Shown: positions 13,791 to 25,744 of the stretch, piece by piece
How positions within the stretch are numbered: position 1 is the first letter of the stretch
How the letters are laid out: each line of letters starts with the position of its first letter
Assembly (NCBI GenBank): GCA_964016885.1
Contig: OZ024746.1
Coordinates: forward strand, 49,042,001 to 49,106,000
Direction of reading: 5' to 3'
DNA from: Eledone cirrhosa
Lineage: Eukaryota
DNA length: 64,000 nt
Position numbers and translations under genes: made by a program
Notes under the pieces: generated by a model
What the model was told of the DNA's origin: nothing
The model's input: only the letters and a program-made list of their open reading frames with translations
Database searches by the model: none

Positions 13791-15998
13791 GTGAAGGATA
13801 TCGATGTAAAAGGACATTAGGAAAATCTGCTTCGTAGAATCAAGACATATCTGAGGACCTTGCGATTTTCAGAGTCAAGTTCGATGTTTACATCGATCGT
13901 GTCTCGAGCTGGTTGCCAGAGAAACGATTGTAATATGTCCAATAAATTCCATTCGGCGCAACACTGATTCTCTTTTTTTCTGTGATATCATACTCTGTTC
14001 TATGAGAGCACCGAGTGCTCAAACGAGCTACCGCAAACGGACGCTTTAAGCATCCAACACCAATTATATATATATAACGAATTGAATTATAAATAGAGGT
14101 ATCGTCTTAAGTCATACATATCAAGTTATGGAAATGCTCAATGTACTATAATTATCAGCGACCACGCAAGTCAAAATAGTCCAAAGTATTGATATATGGT
14201 GTGATGTCAGGATATTTGAAGACAAAAGTAGTACAGTGCATACTATATGGTTTAGGGAAAGTCAACCAGAGATACCAAACAATTCAAAAATATTTACTGT
14301 TCGACAAATGTTTCGACTAATGCAGATAAAAATAAAGTTCTTCCATTATTAACAGTAAAATAATTCCATTGCTGATGTAAACACAGGCAATACATCAATG
14401 TATCTGCATCATCACCCCAGGATAAACACAATTTATCAAAACTGATTCGTAAACTTATATTGACAGAAATGCCAAAATCTCCACGGAGTTACCAGTAGAA
14501 AGATATTAAGTAAATTGGCAAAAGAATATATTAATACTGAAGTATGTTGTATCAAGAAATTATAAAGAATAAATTTCCTCGTTCAGTGTAAACGTTAGTA
14601 ATTCGAATTTACTGGGTCACATCTGATACAGTTAGGGTACATATAAAGGGCATAGTAATAGTATGCTCGATTATAACTCACATTGTGGAAATTTCTCATC
14701 TGATATAGGGCGGGCCCCAACAAAATATATTTAAAGAAATTTGTGAATTTGAAGGATGGAAACCAATGTTTTGTTATTTGTAAAAAAACATATTAATTTG
14801 TTCCGTGATATATGTTAACATAGTAATTATGTAAATGATAGTATTAAATATGAAATGTCTAATAATAAAATAATTAGAAAACGAAACATCTCTGATATAA
14901 TCTCTCCTACGGTATCCAAGAATTGTCTAATAAAGTTATTTTTATATACAATCAAACAAAACACCTGCTGCACGAGTATATATATACCATAGGATTATTA
15001 ATAAAAATACATTTTAAATGTCATACCTCCATAACGCCTAAGTTAACTGATAATATAACTTTTAGTAACCATAAGAAAATAAAAATGTAAGATTATATTA
15101 AATAATCAATTAGGTAAATAAAATAAAACCGCTGCAGTCTCACCGCCTCTAGCATATATATCCAGCACGAGAACATGGTGCCTATAATATAAGTAGATTA
15201 TAGTATATGAATATATATTTATCACAGCAAATAGCAAAACTTTTCATATAGGCGATACATTTAACTATTTAAGTGGCGCTACTATTTACATTCTTTTAGA
15301 AAACAACTACTTCATTTGTTAAATTCATTTGGGGCTTACGTAATCCCATCATAGAATATAGCTTACAATGTTGTTACTTACACAGTGGGTATTTCTGCAT
15401 ATAATCCCTGTTTGATCGAAGCTCTGGAAATAGCAATGTTTCATAAATCACTTTTGAATCGTCAAGAATTATTTTTTGCTGCCCACACAGTATTCATTTT
15501 TCTTTATCTTGAAGATTTTCTGAGCTTATACAGGTTTTTCTCATTCGAATAATTACTCCACTTATAAATTCTGTATAATCAATTCCCTAATAGCAGATTT
15601 TACTTTCTAAGTATATACTTGCATAGGCATGAATAATAATTACGAAATATTTTTGATTCTTATTAATGTCAGATGAATATAATCAAATAAGAACTTCGTA
15701 TGGAGCATTTTGATTTTGTTTTCAAGATTCGTTTAATATACTGTATAAAGGATATTTATTTCTCTTTTGAGGATGTTATACTTCTTTAAATATATTATAT
15801 AATTAGCTCTCTATAATTAAGTATTCTTTCAGATTTAATTGCTGTATTTGTAATAAATATATCTTGAAATATATATTGGAAGTAAATGTTTATTCTCGCT
15901 GAGATAATTAAAACATGTTATTTCCGTACGTTTGAATTCTACTTTTCATTAACATAATTAAGGTTTATTTTTAGTGCAGGTTTTATATACAATAATAA

Positions 15999-16162
15999 TA
16001 ATTGTTTCTACTTTTGGCATAAGGCCTGCAATTATCCCAGTACATTACTGGTACTTTATTTTATCGACCCCGTAAGGATGAAAGGCAAAGTAAACCTCGG
16101 CGGGAATTGAACTCAGATCGTAAAGGGACGTAACTATGCTGGAAAGCATATCCTACCCTCTA
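15999..16162 (-). mobile_element. tRNA-derived SINE (5'-truncated)
   Basis: Reverse complement of GAGTTCAA..CCCGCCGAGGT..ACTTTGCCTTTCATCCTTACGGGGTCGATAAAATAAAGTACCAG...GTAGAAACAATTATT. Confidence 0.9.
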
Positions 16163-16498
16163 TATATACAATAATAATAATGTTAGTTATGAATTGTCCC
16201 ATTATTATTTTCTCTAATACTCATGTAAACTTTAATAAACTAAATCCAATTAATTATACTTTTGATATTAAGTCATGCTTCGAAAAACAAGATATACTTG
16301 TAACCAGAAAGTTTATATATATATATATATATGGGAGGGTGATATTGTTATAATGTTGCCAGAAATAATAATAAAACACACTCACTGTTTGGTTTTGATT
16401 GGTTGCCTCATCTGTATCTTTTATTTCTCCGTAGTTAATTTATCTGGCAATCAATGTTTCTCATTGATTGACCAACGGTTAAAAATACAGATATAAAC

Positions 16499-16537
<39 letters not shown>

Positions 16538-16839
16538 GTCTATTTGAAGGAAACACTGTTTTAAGAGGAGATAAACAAAAATGTGAACTCTTCTATATAT
16601 ATGTATGTAAACAATGTTATTTTATACCATATTCTTAACTCCATTATAAATGTTATTATACACTTCCGTAGCATGAAGAACCCCACAAGGCTGAAACCGG
16701 TACTATAAATTCCTTTTTTGTGAATAAATGTTTTGCTGTTATTCTATGAGAAAATCCCATTAGCATTTTCTACTGTTTTTTTCTTTTTTACTATTATTTA
16801 TATCAACTGAGTCACTTCTCTTCACTCTAAATATATATA

Positions 16840-17413
16840 TAATTGTTTCTACTTTTGGCACAACGCCAGCAATTACCCAGTGCATTAGTGGTACTTTATT
16901 TTATCGACCCCGTAAGGATGAAAGGCAAAGTTAACCTCGGCGGGATTTGAACTCAGATCATAAAGGGAGGTAAATCTATGCTTCAAAGCATGGCGTCCGA
17001 CCCTCTACCGATACTGACAATCCACCGCCACTAGAATTTCTACTTTTGGCACAAGGCCAGATATACCCCAGTGTACCACTGGTACTTTATTTTATCGACC
17101 TCGTAAGGATGAAAGGCAAATTTAACCTAGGCGGATTTAAACTCAGAACGCAAAGAGCCATAACTATGCTGCAAAACATGGTGTCTGACGCTCTACCGAT
17201 ACTGCCAAACCACTGCCCTTTAATTGTTTCTACTTTTTGGCACAAGGCCAGCAATTACCCAGTGTATTACTGGTACTTTATTTTATCAACCCCGTTCAGG
17301 ATGAAAGGCAAAATTAACCTCGGCGGGATTTGATCTCAGAATGGCAAGGGCCGTAACTCTATGCGTCAAAGCATGGCGTCCGACCCTCTACCGATACTGC
17401 CAATCCACCGCCA
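16840..17413 (-). mobile_element. Three head-to-tail SINE copies
   Basis: Units at ~16840-17030, 17035-17220 and 17221-17413, each with A box TGGCAGTATCGG and B box GAGTTCAAATC or a close variant. Confidence 0.92.
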
Positions 17414-17556
17414 ATATATATATAATGTATGCGTATGTGCGTAGGGTGCTCTTTCAATGGGAAAGCGGAAATTTCTTACACTGATTACCTGATATATGTG
17501 TGCGCGTATCTTTGTATAGCTAGCTAGATGGATATAGTTATAGTTCTATTACTTAG

Positions 17557-17590
<34 letters not shown>

Positions 17591-17996
17591 TTACCCACGG
17601 ACATACACTCACATTGTTTTTCGCACCACGCCACCCACATACACACCACATATAAACACAAACACACACGTGCGTACACACTCCAGAACACGGAATCCAG
17701 AACATGGAACCTCGTCCTTCTTCTCACATACACACACACACACACACACACTCAGGTACACTTACACACACACACAAACACCTCCTTCAGCCTTCCCCGC
17801 TTCGACTCCCCGTTTCTCTCGCCCAACTCCACCCGCCACTACCCTTACACGCCTCACCCTTCCACCACTTGCTCATCTTATTGTTAATTCTTATGTTTAT
17901 TTTTACATTTATTTTTATTTTTATTTGTTCCCCTTCCCCCTTTTTTCTAAATGTATTTCCACACACCCTCGGAACTCTCTTCCTAACCTATTTATC

Positions 17997-18021
17997 CTGA
18001 AGAAGGGCTTATGCCCGAAAC
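17997..18021 (+). ncRNA. Partial hammerhead core in a PLE-like terminal fragment (~17540-18110)
   Basis: CUGAAGA-A-GGGC uuau GCCC-GAAA-C; stem III and cleavage triplet replaced by poly-C; related remnant at 62044-62068. Confidence 0.5.
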
Positions 18022-18767
18022 TCCCCCCCCCCCCCACACCACTCTCAAGAGCGTGAACCTAATAAACCTTTATTTGTCTGCCTCTCTGTTTTGTTCCCGT
18101 CTAAATTTGCACTATATATATACACATATATATATATACATTTCAAACGCGTATATTCGTGCGTATATTCGTATATACTGGTACGTATATTTATGTTTTT
18201 AATTTGTTTTAACCCCCACGGCAACGTATTTTGAAATTTCTAAATTCGTATATGTTTACCAATGATTCATTAGTTGCTAGATCTTGACCATATTGATTTA
18301 TCCGTGCTTAATACCACAATGGTTTGTGTGGAAATTAAACATAATATGGCTGCTTTATTGGCAACGGTTGAGATTTATCGAACACAAATAACGAAGAAGT
18401 GAGAATCAGCACAGTAATGAGCAGTTTTTCAGAGTAGACAACTCTTCTTGTTGCCAACATTGACATCCGCCACTGCAATGTAAGCATACACTATAAGCTG
18501 TGAATAAACAAGTGATCTTATAGCTTTTCCTAACCGTATACGAAAGATACACAGACTTTCACACATACACACAAGCACATTCTCACACATATATAAAACA
18601 CACATGTATATATATATATATATATTACACACATATATACACATATATATATACATACATACCTACATATATACACACATATATACACACATATATACAC
18701 ATATATATATACATACATACCTACATATATACACACATATATACACACATATATACACACATATATG

Positions 18768-19170
18768 GGGGCTGCCAACTCGTTTTCGAGTACGGCCACT
18801 ACTTTATATCCATGTAGGAGAACCCCTACCGATACGCTGAACGAGTGCGACTTTTTAGTCCAGCCAGCGACTTGAAAACTCTGGTACAAACACTACACTA
18901 ATGCTGGGCCCATGGTACCATGTGACGACAAGTGCCGAGAGATCTCCAGATATAAAGCAATGCCTGCGCCGTGAAGCTTTTATAGTGAGCAAAGGCATTG
19001 CACAAAGCCAGTCCCACTCTCTTAACCGAGATGATATTTACCAAAAAGAAGAACAAGTCAACATCATTGGATACCATCAGGGTTGCAGGTGTTATATCAG
19101 AGTTTTCCTTCTAGAATTCTGCCTTGACAAAGGCTAAGGGGTCATCTCTCCCGGTGATTTTGGTGACACA
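18768..19170 (-). mobile_element. Degenerate LINE 3' end (RTE-like, C2H2-type tail)
   Basis: Minus-strand CSVCTRVFKSLAGLKS followed by a CTCG-AAAA-CGAG terminal hairpin. Confidence 0.45.
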
Positions 19171-19214
19171 CATATATACATACATACATACCTACATATA
19201 TATATATATACATT

Positions 19215-19273
<59 letters not shown>

Positions 19274-19423
19274 TATGTATATATATATATATTTGTGAAT
19301 AGTGGTAGCTATGGTGCTTCCGTAGGCGGTATGCCAAAATTAGATCTCGATATTCATCAGAGTAGAGTGTAGGAATTATCAAAAAAACGAGAAATCAGTG
19401 ATACATCTGGACTTAGTTTATTT

Positions 19424-19514
19424 CGTGTTACAAATGTTTCGCCGGCATGTAGCTCGAGCCATGGTCCTTGTATGGATCTGGCTGATTCTACTTCTGCGGG
19501 TTCTTTCAGACACG
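19424..19514 (-). ncRNA. Hammerhead-like motif with extended stem II
   Basis: CGUGU-CUGAAAGA-[CC.GCA..GUAG..AGCCA..UCC/GGA..UGGCU..CUAC.UGC.GG]-GAAA-CAUUUG-UA-ACACG; one extra core A. Confidence 0.65.
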
Positions 19515-20059
19515 CCTGTTATGTCCGGAGCAAATTTTATCACTGAGGTGTTGTTATCAAAACAACCCCTCAAAAAACCTTCTTTCCACTCTTGTCATGC
19601 CATTGGTTGTTTTTACTCCACGTCATCACAAGTTCTTGTCAGTATCTGCTGCCACACGGTTCATCAACCATTTTCCGTCCAACATATTTCAATTGGGTCA
19701 TGCTTGGTTCAGTACCTCATGCGTCTGCTCACACTTCAGAGTAAGCACCCACACATACTAGAATAAACACATAGTAACACACACATATATATACTCAGAC
19801 ATACACCTATCTATGCATTCACACTCGTACGTCTACATGCTCAGACACCCACACCGCTACATACATACATCGCAGTATATATACTCACGCACCCTCTCTC
19901 CCTCTCTCCCATGAGCCCAGTCACACACACTTGTTAATACATGCCGCCACAAGCCTTCTGACTGTTCTGTATCAATTAGGTAAGCATGTCATATTTAAAC
20001 GTACACATATATACATACACATGTACGCACGCACACATACGGCCAAACTTCTATACATT

Positions 20060-20105
<46 letters not shown>

Positions 20106-20312
20106 TTAGTCGTTTGGAAGCCTCGACAATGCAAATGGGTAAATCTCCGGGTAACAAGATCCGGTGGTGGAGAGAGAGATGTAAGTGGGTGTACGTTGAG
20201 ATGCGTGGTGTGTAAAGATGTGTAAATGTGTAGAAGAAAGAAGGCAAGAGTATAAAGGATAAAATTAAAATAACAACACAAGAGAGAGTTACCTTGGGAG
20301 AGATTTAATAGT

Positions 20313-20348
20313 CCCTATATATTTCGAATTCACATCCATCAACTGGGG
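20313..20348 (-). ncRNA. Hammerhead-like fold with CAGUUGA core (copy 1)
   Basis: CCC-CAGUUGA-U-GGAU guga AUUC-GAAA-UAUA-UA-GGG. Confidence 0.55.
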
Positions 20349-20920
20349 TTTTTTTTTCCGGGGTAAAGGTTCTCTGTCGGACAGGTGCGAAACGCGTCCT
20401 CCGCTGTTTGTTGTTTTGAATATCTGAGGTATTCGGTAGAGCGCGTTTTTTCTGGTATTGGACTCTGGAGTGGTAGCACTGGTCGATTGCTTTAGTGATT
20501 TTCAGGAGCAAGTCCCCGGGTGCTATTGGCAGTCGATGTGTCCGCTCTGAGAGTGTCCGCTTATGGACGTGTAATTGGCGGTTGAGATGTCTCAGGATCT
20601 GTTTAATACATGTGCGATGTATGGGGTTAGTGGTGTTTTGGAAACCTGGTGTACGTAGGCTTACTGGTAAGCGGATGTTCCTGATGGTATTGGGGATGAC
20701 ATCGTTTTTTAGGCAGCGTTTCAGGAAAATAATTTGACAGCCAGCGTTGGCCCATTTCTCCGACAGTCTAAACAGTTCCCTTACGCATGCAAACAATTCC
20801 CGGCTCAGGTGTAAGGATAAGAGAGTATTGAAGTTTGCTTGAAGCATTGTGGAATAATAAATAAATATCTTTAAGTCGTTTGGAAGCCTCGACAAGGCAA
20901 ATGGGTAAATCTCCGGGTAA

Positions 20921-23457
20921 CTGTCGGAGAAATGGGCCAACGCTGGCTGTCAAATTATTTTGCTGAAACGCTGCCTAAAAAACGATGTCATCCCCAACAC
21001 CATCAGGAACATCCGCTTACCAGTAAGCCTACGTACACCAGGTTTCCAAAACACCACTAACCGCATACATCGCACGTGTATTAAACAGATCCTGAGACAT
21101 CTCAACCGCCAATTACACGTCCATAAGCGGACACTCTCAGAGCGGACACATCGATTGCCAATGGCACCCGGGGACTTGCTCCTGAAAATCACTAAAGCAA
21201 TCGACCAGTGCTACCACTCCAGAGTCTAATACCAGAAAAAACGGCTCAAGCGAAAATATGAGTGGATCTTGTCGAAACGCCACAACAGGAACATCGACAC
21301 TAACGAACAGACGGACCAGAACCACGTGGGAAACAACAACTTAACAACCGCCACCGCTGCATCCACCAACACCGAGCCATACCTCAACGATGCGACGCAC
21401 CTGGTCACCGACCTAACCGGCACTCTCACGAGCGACGAGCTGAAACTCCTACACCTCGGACCCAAGTTCATCGTCTCACAACGTCTCGACGACAGACTCA
21501 AACTCAACATCGAGGCCAACTTTTGTCGAGCCGCTTACCAACTTAAATGGGTGACCGCCATCAACAGCGCCACAGAAAATAACAGCGCCCACGTAACCCA
21601 CCCCAAGTTCCCCACTTACCACCCGAAAACCCAATGCACGCCCCCACCCACCAACCACGAACTCGACACTAAACTCATCAGGCTAAAACACTCCATCTCG
21701 GATATACTTCACAAACACACACGCACAACACATAACCCCACCAAATCTCAACTCACCACTCTCTCCAATCTAAAATCGAAGAACCTCATCTATCTCCCCT
21801 CCGACAAGGGAAAAGAATTCTGCGTCATCAGCAGAGAGGCCTACAACACCCTGGCCCTCCAACACCTTGACGATGACAACCTCTACTACAAGGTGACGGG
21901 AATCACTCTCGCGCAGATAGAAGAGCACATCAACGCCGCCTGGACCAACATCTGCGACCGGCGGAAGCTCCCGAAGAAGCTGAGATACAACCTCCTCACG
22001 AGGAACAGCAGACTACCCGCCTTCTACCACCTCTTGAAAACACACAAACAGGGACCCGACCTGAAGATCAGGCCCATCGTATGGAGCGTGGAGGGACCAC
22101 TCTACAAAATGTCATGGCTCCTAGCCAGAATACTCAAACCCATCTTAGACACCTTGCCGGGACACGTTAACAGCTCCGAGGAGGTGTTGAAGCGCCTGCA
22201 TCAAATGGATCCCGACACCAGAAGGAATAACAGATATGCCTTCAGCCTTGATGTAGTCGCTCTCTACACCTCGGTCCCGGCACTCCCGGCCGTCAATATA
22301 CTGATGGAACGCGTCCAATCCACCGATTTTCACTGCTTCGGGCTCACAACCACTGACATCCACCAACTCCTATCCATCGTCGTCGACAACACCTACTTCG
22401 GATTCCTTGACCAAACATACCAACAAACCTCGGGATTGCCCATGGGATCAAGCCTATCAGGTGTGCTAGCGATCTCTTACATGGACAACCTCGAACGCAA
22501 GGCACTCAACGCCTGCCACCCCAATGTCGTAGCCTTTTTCTCAAGGTACGTGGACGATATCCTCATCCTCACATCTTCCCAAGACACGGCGAACAGAATC
22601 TATGAGACGTTCAACAACACGGACGAGAACATTGACTTCAGTGTTGAACACCCCAACGAAGACGGGTCACTTGCCTTCCTCGACTTCCGAATCAACATCA
22701 CGAAACAGGGAAGGACCCACTGCAACTTCTACTGAAAGGCAGCCTGCAGGGACCTGTTTGTTCACTACAAGTCCGCCCTCCCTAACAGTGCCAAAAGAGG
22801 ATACATCACGAACGAGATCGCGCGAATCAAAAACAGATGCAGCGATCCCGCGAGTGGTGTCACTCATACCAAGCGATTCCTCGAGGTGCTGGAGACGAAC
22901 GGGTACCCTACCTCGATCACAGACAGAATAGGAGACACCAGACACATAAGACAGAGAGGCCCCCAAGGCAAGTGCTTCCATAAAATTCCACATCTGGGCG
23001 AGAATACCACCAATGCTATCCGCAAGGCTATACGGAGGGAGGGCCTCGACATCACCTGGCCCACTCGGGCCCCTCCCTGCAAAGATGCCTCTCCAAGAAA
23101 CCCGGGAAATCTACTGACGCATGCTCCCTCAGAGACTGCCCGATACGCCATCCGAACTGTTGCCTACGCACATACGTCGTGTATAAGATAGAATGTGACA
23201 GGTGCAACCAATACTACATAGGTAGCACAATCCGACCTTTGCACATCCGGATCAAGGAACACACTAAAACCAGGGCCTCGTCTTTCCGGAAACACATAGA
23301 CAAATGCGGAAACAAAGACGGAAGGCCCATTGTCACAATTCTAGCGACTGAAAGAAACGTCGGCACGTGACGTATCAAGGAAGCACTTTTTATCAAACGC
23401 CTGCAACCGCAAATAAACAACCGATTAGAGAGAAGCGAAATGAGATGGCTGGTTTAA
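20921..23457 (+). pseudogene. PLE reverse transcriptase-GIY-YIG endonuclease ORF, disrupted
   Basis: PSDKG, FYHLLKTHK, IRPIV, FSLDVVALYTSVP, QTSGLPMGSSLS, RYVDD, FLDF, NGYP, VVYKIECDRC..YIGST.R.L..RIKEH; stops at 21227 (CAA in the inverted copy), 22733 and 23368; 1-nt frameshift near 23055. Confidence 0.95.
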
Positions 23458-23834
23458 GTTAACAAACGATGTAGCAACACACAACACACGTGCACACAAA
23501 CGAGACAACTACACACACACACACAGTAGCATGCCACCATACGAACATACTACACTGCCAATACAGAGGAACAAGGCAACTACACACGCACACACACACT
23601 CAAGCGAGACAACAACACACGCACACACACACACAGTAACATTTAACAAACAGGCAGAGAATGGACTGACAGCTAGCGCCACCTCACTCCCTCATTCGGC
23701 CGCTGACCTCTGCCCGACCGACGCCATTTCCGGCGCACGCGCGCTCTGCCGAATACCTCAGATATTCAAAACAACAAACAGCGGAGGACGCGTTTCGCAC
23801 CTGTCCGACAGACAACCTTTACCTCGGAAAAAAA

Positions 23835-23870
23835 CCCCAATTGATGGATATGAATCAGAAATATATTGGG
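23835..23870 (+). ncRNA. Hammerhead-like fold with variant core (copy 2, mutated)
   Basis: CCC-CAAUUGA-U-GGAU auga AUCA-GAAA-UAUA-UU-GGG in the 3' pLTR. Confidence 0.45.
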
Positions 23871-24127
23871 ACTATTAAATCTCTCCCAAGGTAACTCTCT
23901 CTTGTGTTGTTATTTTAATTTTATCCTTTATACTCTTGCCTTCTTTCTTCTACACATTTACACATCTTTACACACCACGCATCTCAACGTACACCCACTT
24001 ACATCTCTCTCTCCACCACCGGATCTTGTTACCCGGAGATTTACCCATTTGCATTGTCGAGGCTTCCAAACGACTTAAAGATATTTATTTATTATTCCAC
24101 AATGCTTCAAGCAAACTTCAATACTCT

Positions 24128-24177
<50 letters not shown>

Positions 24178-24280
24178 CTCATACACACGCATATATACAT
24201 ACACACATACATTCACATACGTACATATATACGCACATGTGCATACACGGATATACATACACACCTAGGATTTTTTCATT

Positions 24281-24335
24281 CATTCTGATGAATGAAAGTA
24301 AATATCATTTGCTTTCAAGAAAACACTGGTAAATT
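24281..24335 (+). ncRNA. Type I hammerhead ribozyme motif (Naiad-associated family)
   Basis: AUU-CUGAUGA-aUGAAAGUAAAU auc AUUUGCUUUCAa-GAAA-acacugg-UA-AAU. Confidence 0.75.
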
Positions 24336-24526
24336 AAACAACTATCCTATGTTGTTCATTACATAACTATATGTATATATATATATATATATACATATAT
24401 ATACACACACACACATACATACACACACATATATACACAAACGTAAACTCACACATGTCCACACACACATACGAACACATACGTCCATAGACATTGCCTA
24501 CACACGTACTTACACACACACACACA

Positions 24527-24605
<79 letters not shown>

Positions 24606-24952
24606 AGTATATACATATAGATATATACACACATATGCATACGCATATCCACACATATACATAAAAATACCCACGTGCAGGCCGAACCACATACATCTAC
24701 ACATGCGTGCGCATGCATGTTGCCGCATGCATACACATGCACGCATGTACATCTGCCTACCCACACAGAAGTGCCACAACATATACATGTACATATATAA
24801 ACACACCTGTAAGTGAACAGTCGAAAATACCTTATGCAACAAAAAACAGTATAATAACATAAAACTGTATAATAACATAAGAAAAATATACAATGAAATA
24901 TTAGATAGAATGTGGTATATATATACACACACACACATAGACACATATATAT

Positions 24953-24997
<45 letters not shown>

Positions 24998-25002
<5 letters not shown>

Positions 25003-25579
25003 GGTAAATTTCTTTAAGTCGCTTGGAAGCCTCGACAATGCATATGGGTAAATCTCCGGGTAACAGGATCCGGTGGTAGAGAGAGAGATGTAAGTGGGTG
25101 TACGTTGAGATGCGTGGCGTGTATAAGACGTGTAGAGGAATGAAGGATAAAGCGTAATGGAAAAAAATAAAAATAACAACACGAGAAAGAGTTACCTTGG
25201 GAGAGATTTAATTGTCCCTATATATTTCGGATTCACATCCATCAACTGGGGGTATTTCTCCGGGGTGGGGGAAAGGTTGTCTGTCGGAAAGGTGCGAAAT
25301 GTATCCTCCGCTGTTCGTTGTTTTGAATATCTGAGGTATTCAGCAGAGCGCGCGTACGCGTGAAATGGGGACGGTCAGGCAGAGGTCAGCGGCCGAAGTA
25401 GTTCTTTCAATTGTGGGAGTGGGGTGGCGCTAGTTGTCAGTCCATTCTCTGCCTGTTTGTTGAATGTTATTGTGTGTGTGTGTGTGTGTGTGTTGTTGTC
25501 TCGCTTGAGTGTGTGTGTGCGTGTGTTGTTGCCTTGTTTCTCTGTATTGGCCTTGTAGTATGTTCGTATGGTGGAATGC

Positions 25580-25651
<72 letters not shown>

Positions 25652-25742
25652 GTCGCTGTCTCGCTTGTGCGTGTGTTGCTGCATCGTTTGTTAACTGAAA
25701 CCAACCACCTCATTTCGCTTCTCTCGGATCGGTTGTTTAATT
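24998..25742 (-). mobile_element. 5'-truncated diverged copy of the 20.1-kb PLE (last ORF codons plus pLTR)
   Basis: Reverse complement of 23413-24090 with scattered substitutions (NNRSERSEMRWLV). Confidence 0.92.
25216..25252 (-). ncRNA. Hammerhead-like fold with CAGUUGA core (copy 3)
   Basis: CCC-CAGUUGA-U-GGAU guga AUCC-GAAA-UAUA-UA-GGG; perfect stem II with GNRA loop. Confidence 0.6.
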
Positions 25743-25744
25743 GT

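Larger units (their letters stand above)
20101..24130 (+). mobile_element. Penelope-like retroelement (Penelope/Poseidon-type) with inverted 5' segment and 3' pseudo-LTR
   Basis: RT plus C-terminal GIY-YIG ORF; 20101-20920 is an inverted, internally deleted copy; the 3' pLTR runs into the first ORF codons (MLQANFNTLL); flanked by (TA)n on both sides. Confidence 0.95.

Noticed and set aside
14100-15950. AT-rich stretch with short open frames, possible decayed viral or DNA-transposon gene
   Set aside because: Frames are broken and no motif was identifiable by eye; needs tBLASTx/HMM search.
18330-18490. Possible host exon on the minus strand (ttgcag|TGGCGGATG..., signal-peptide-like)
   Set aside because: No recognisable homology, no convincing donor and no partner exons.
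22733-23370. In-frame TGA codons as possible selenocysteine
   Set aside because: They fall at Arg-type positions (FY*K for YRK; T*RIKEA), consistent with CGA>TGA decay. The ORF also has a TAA and a frameshift.
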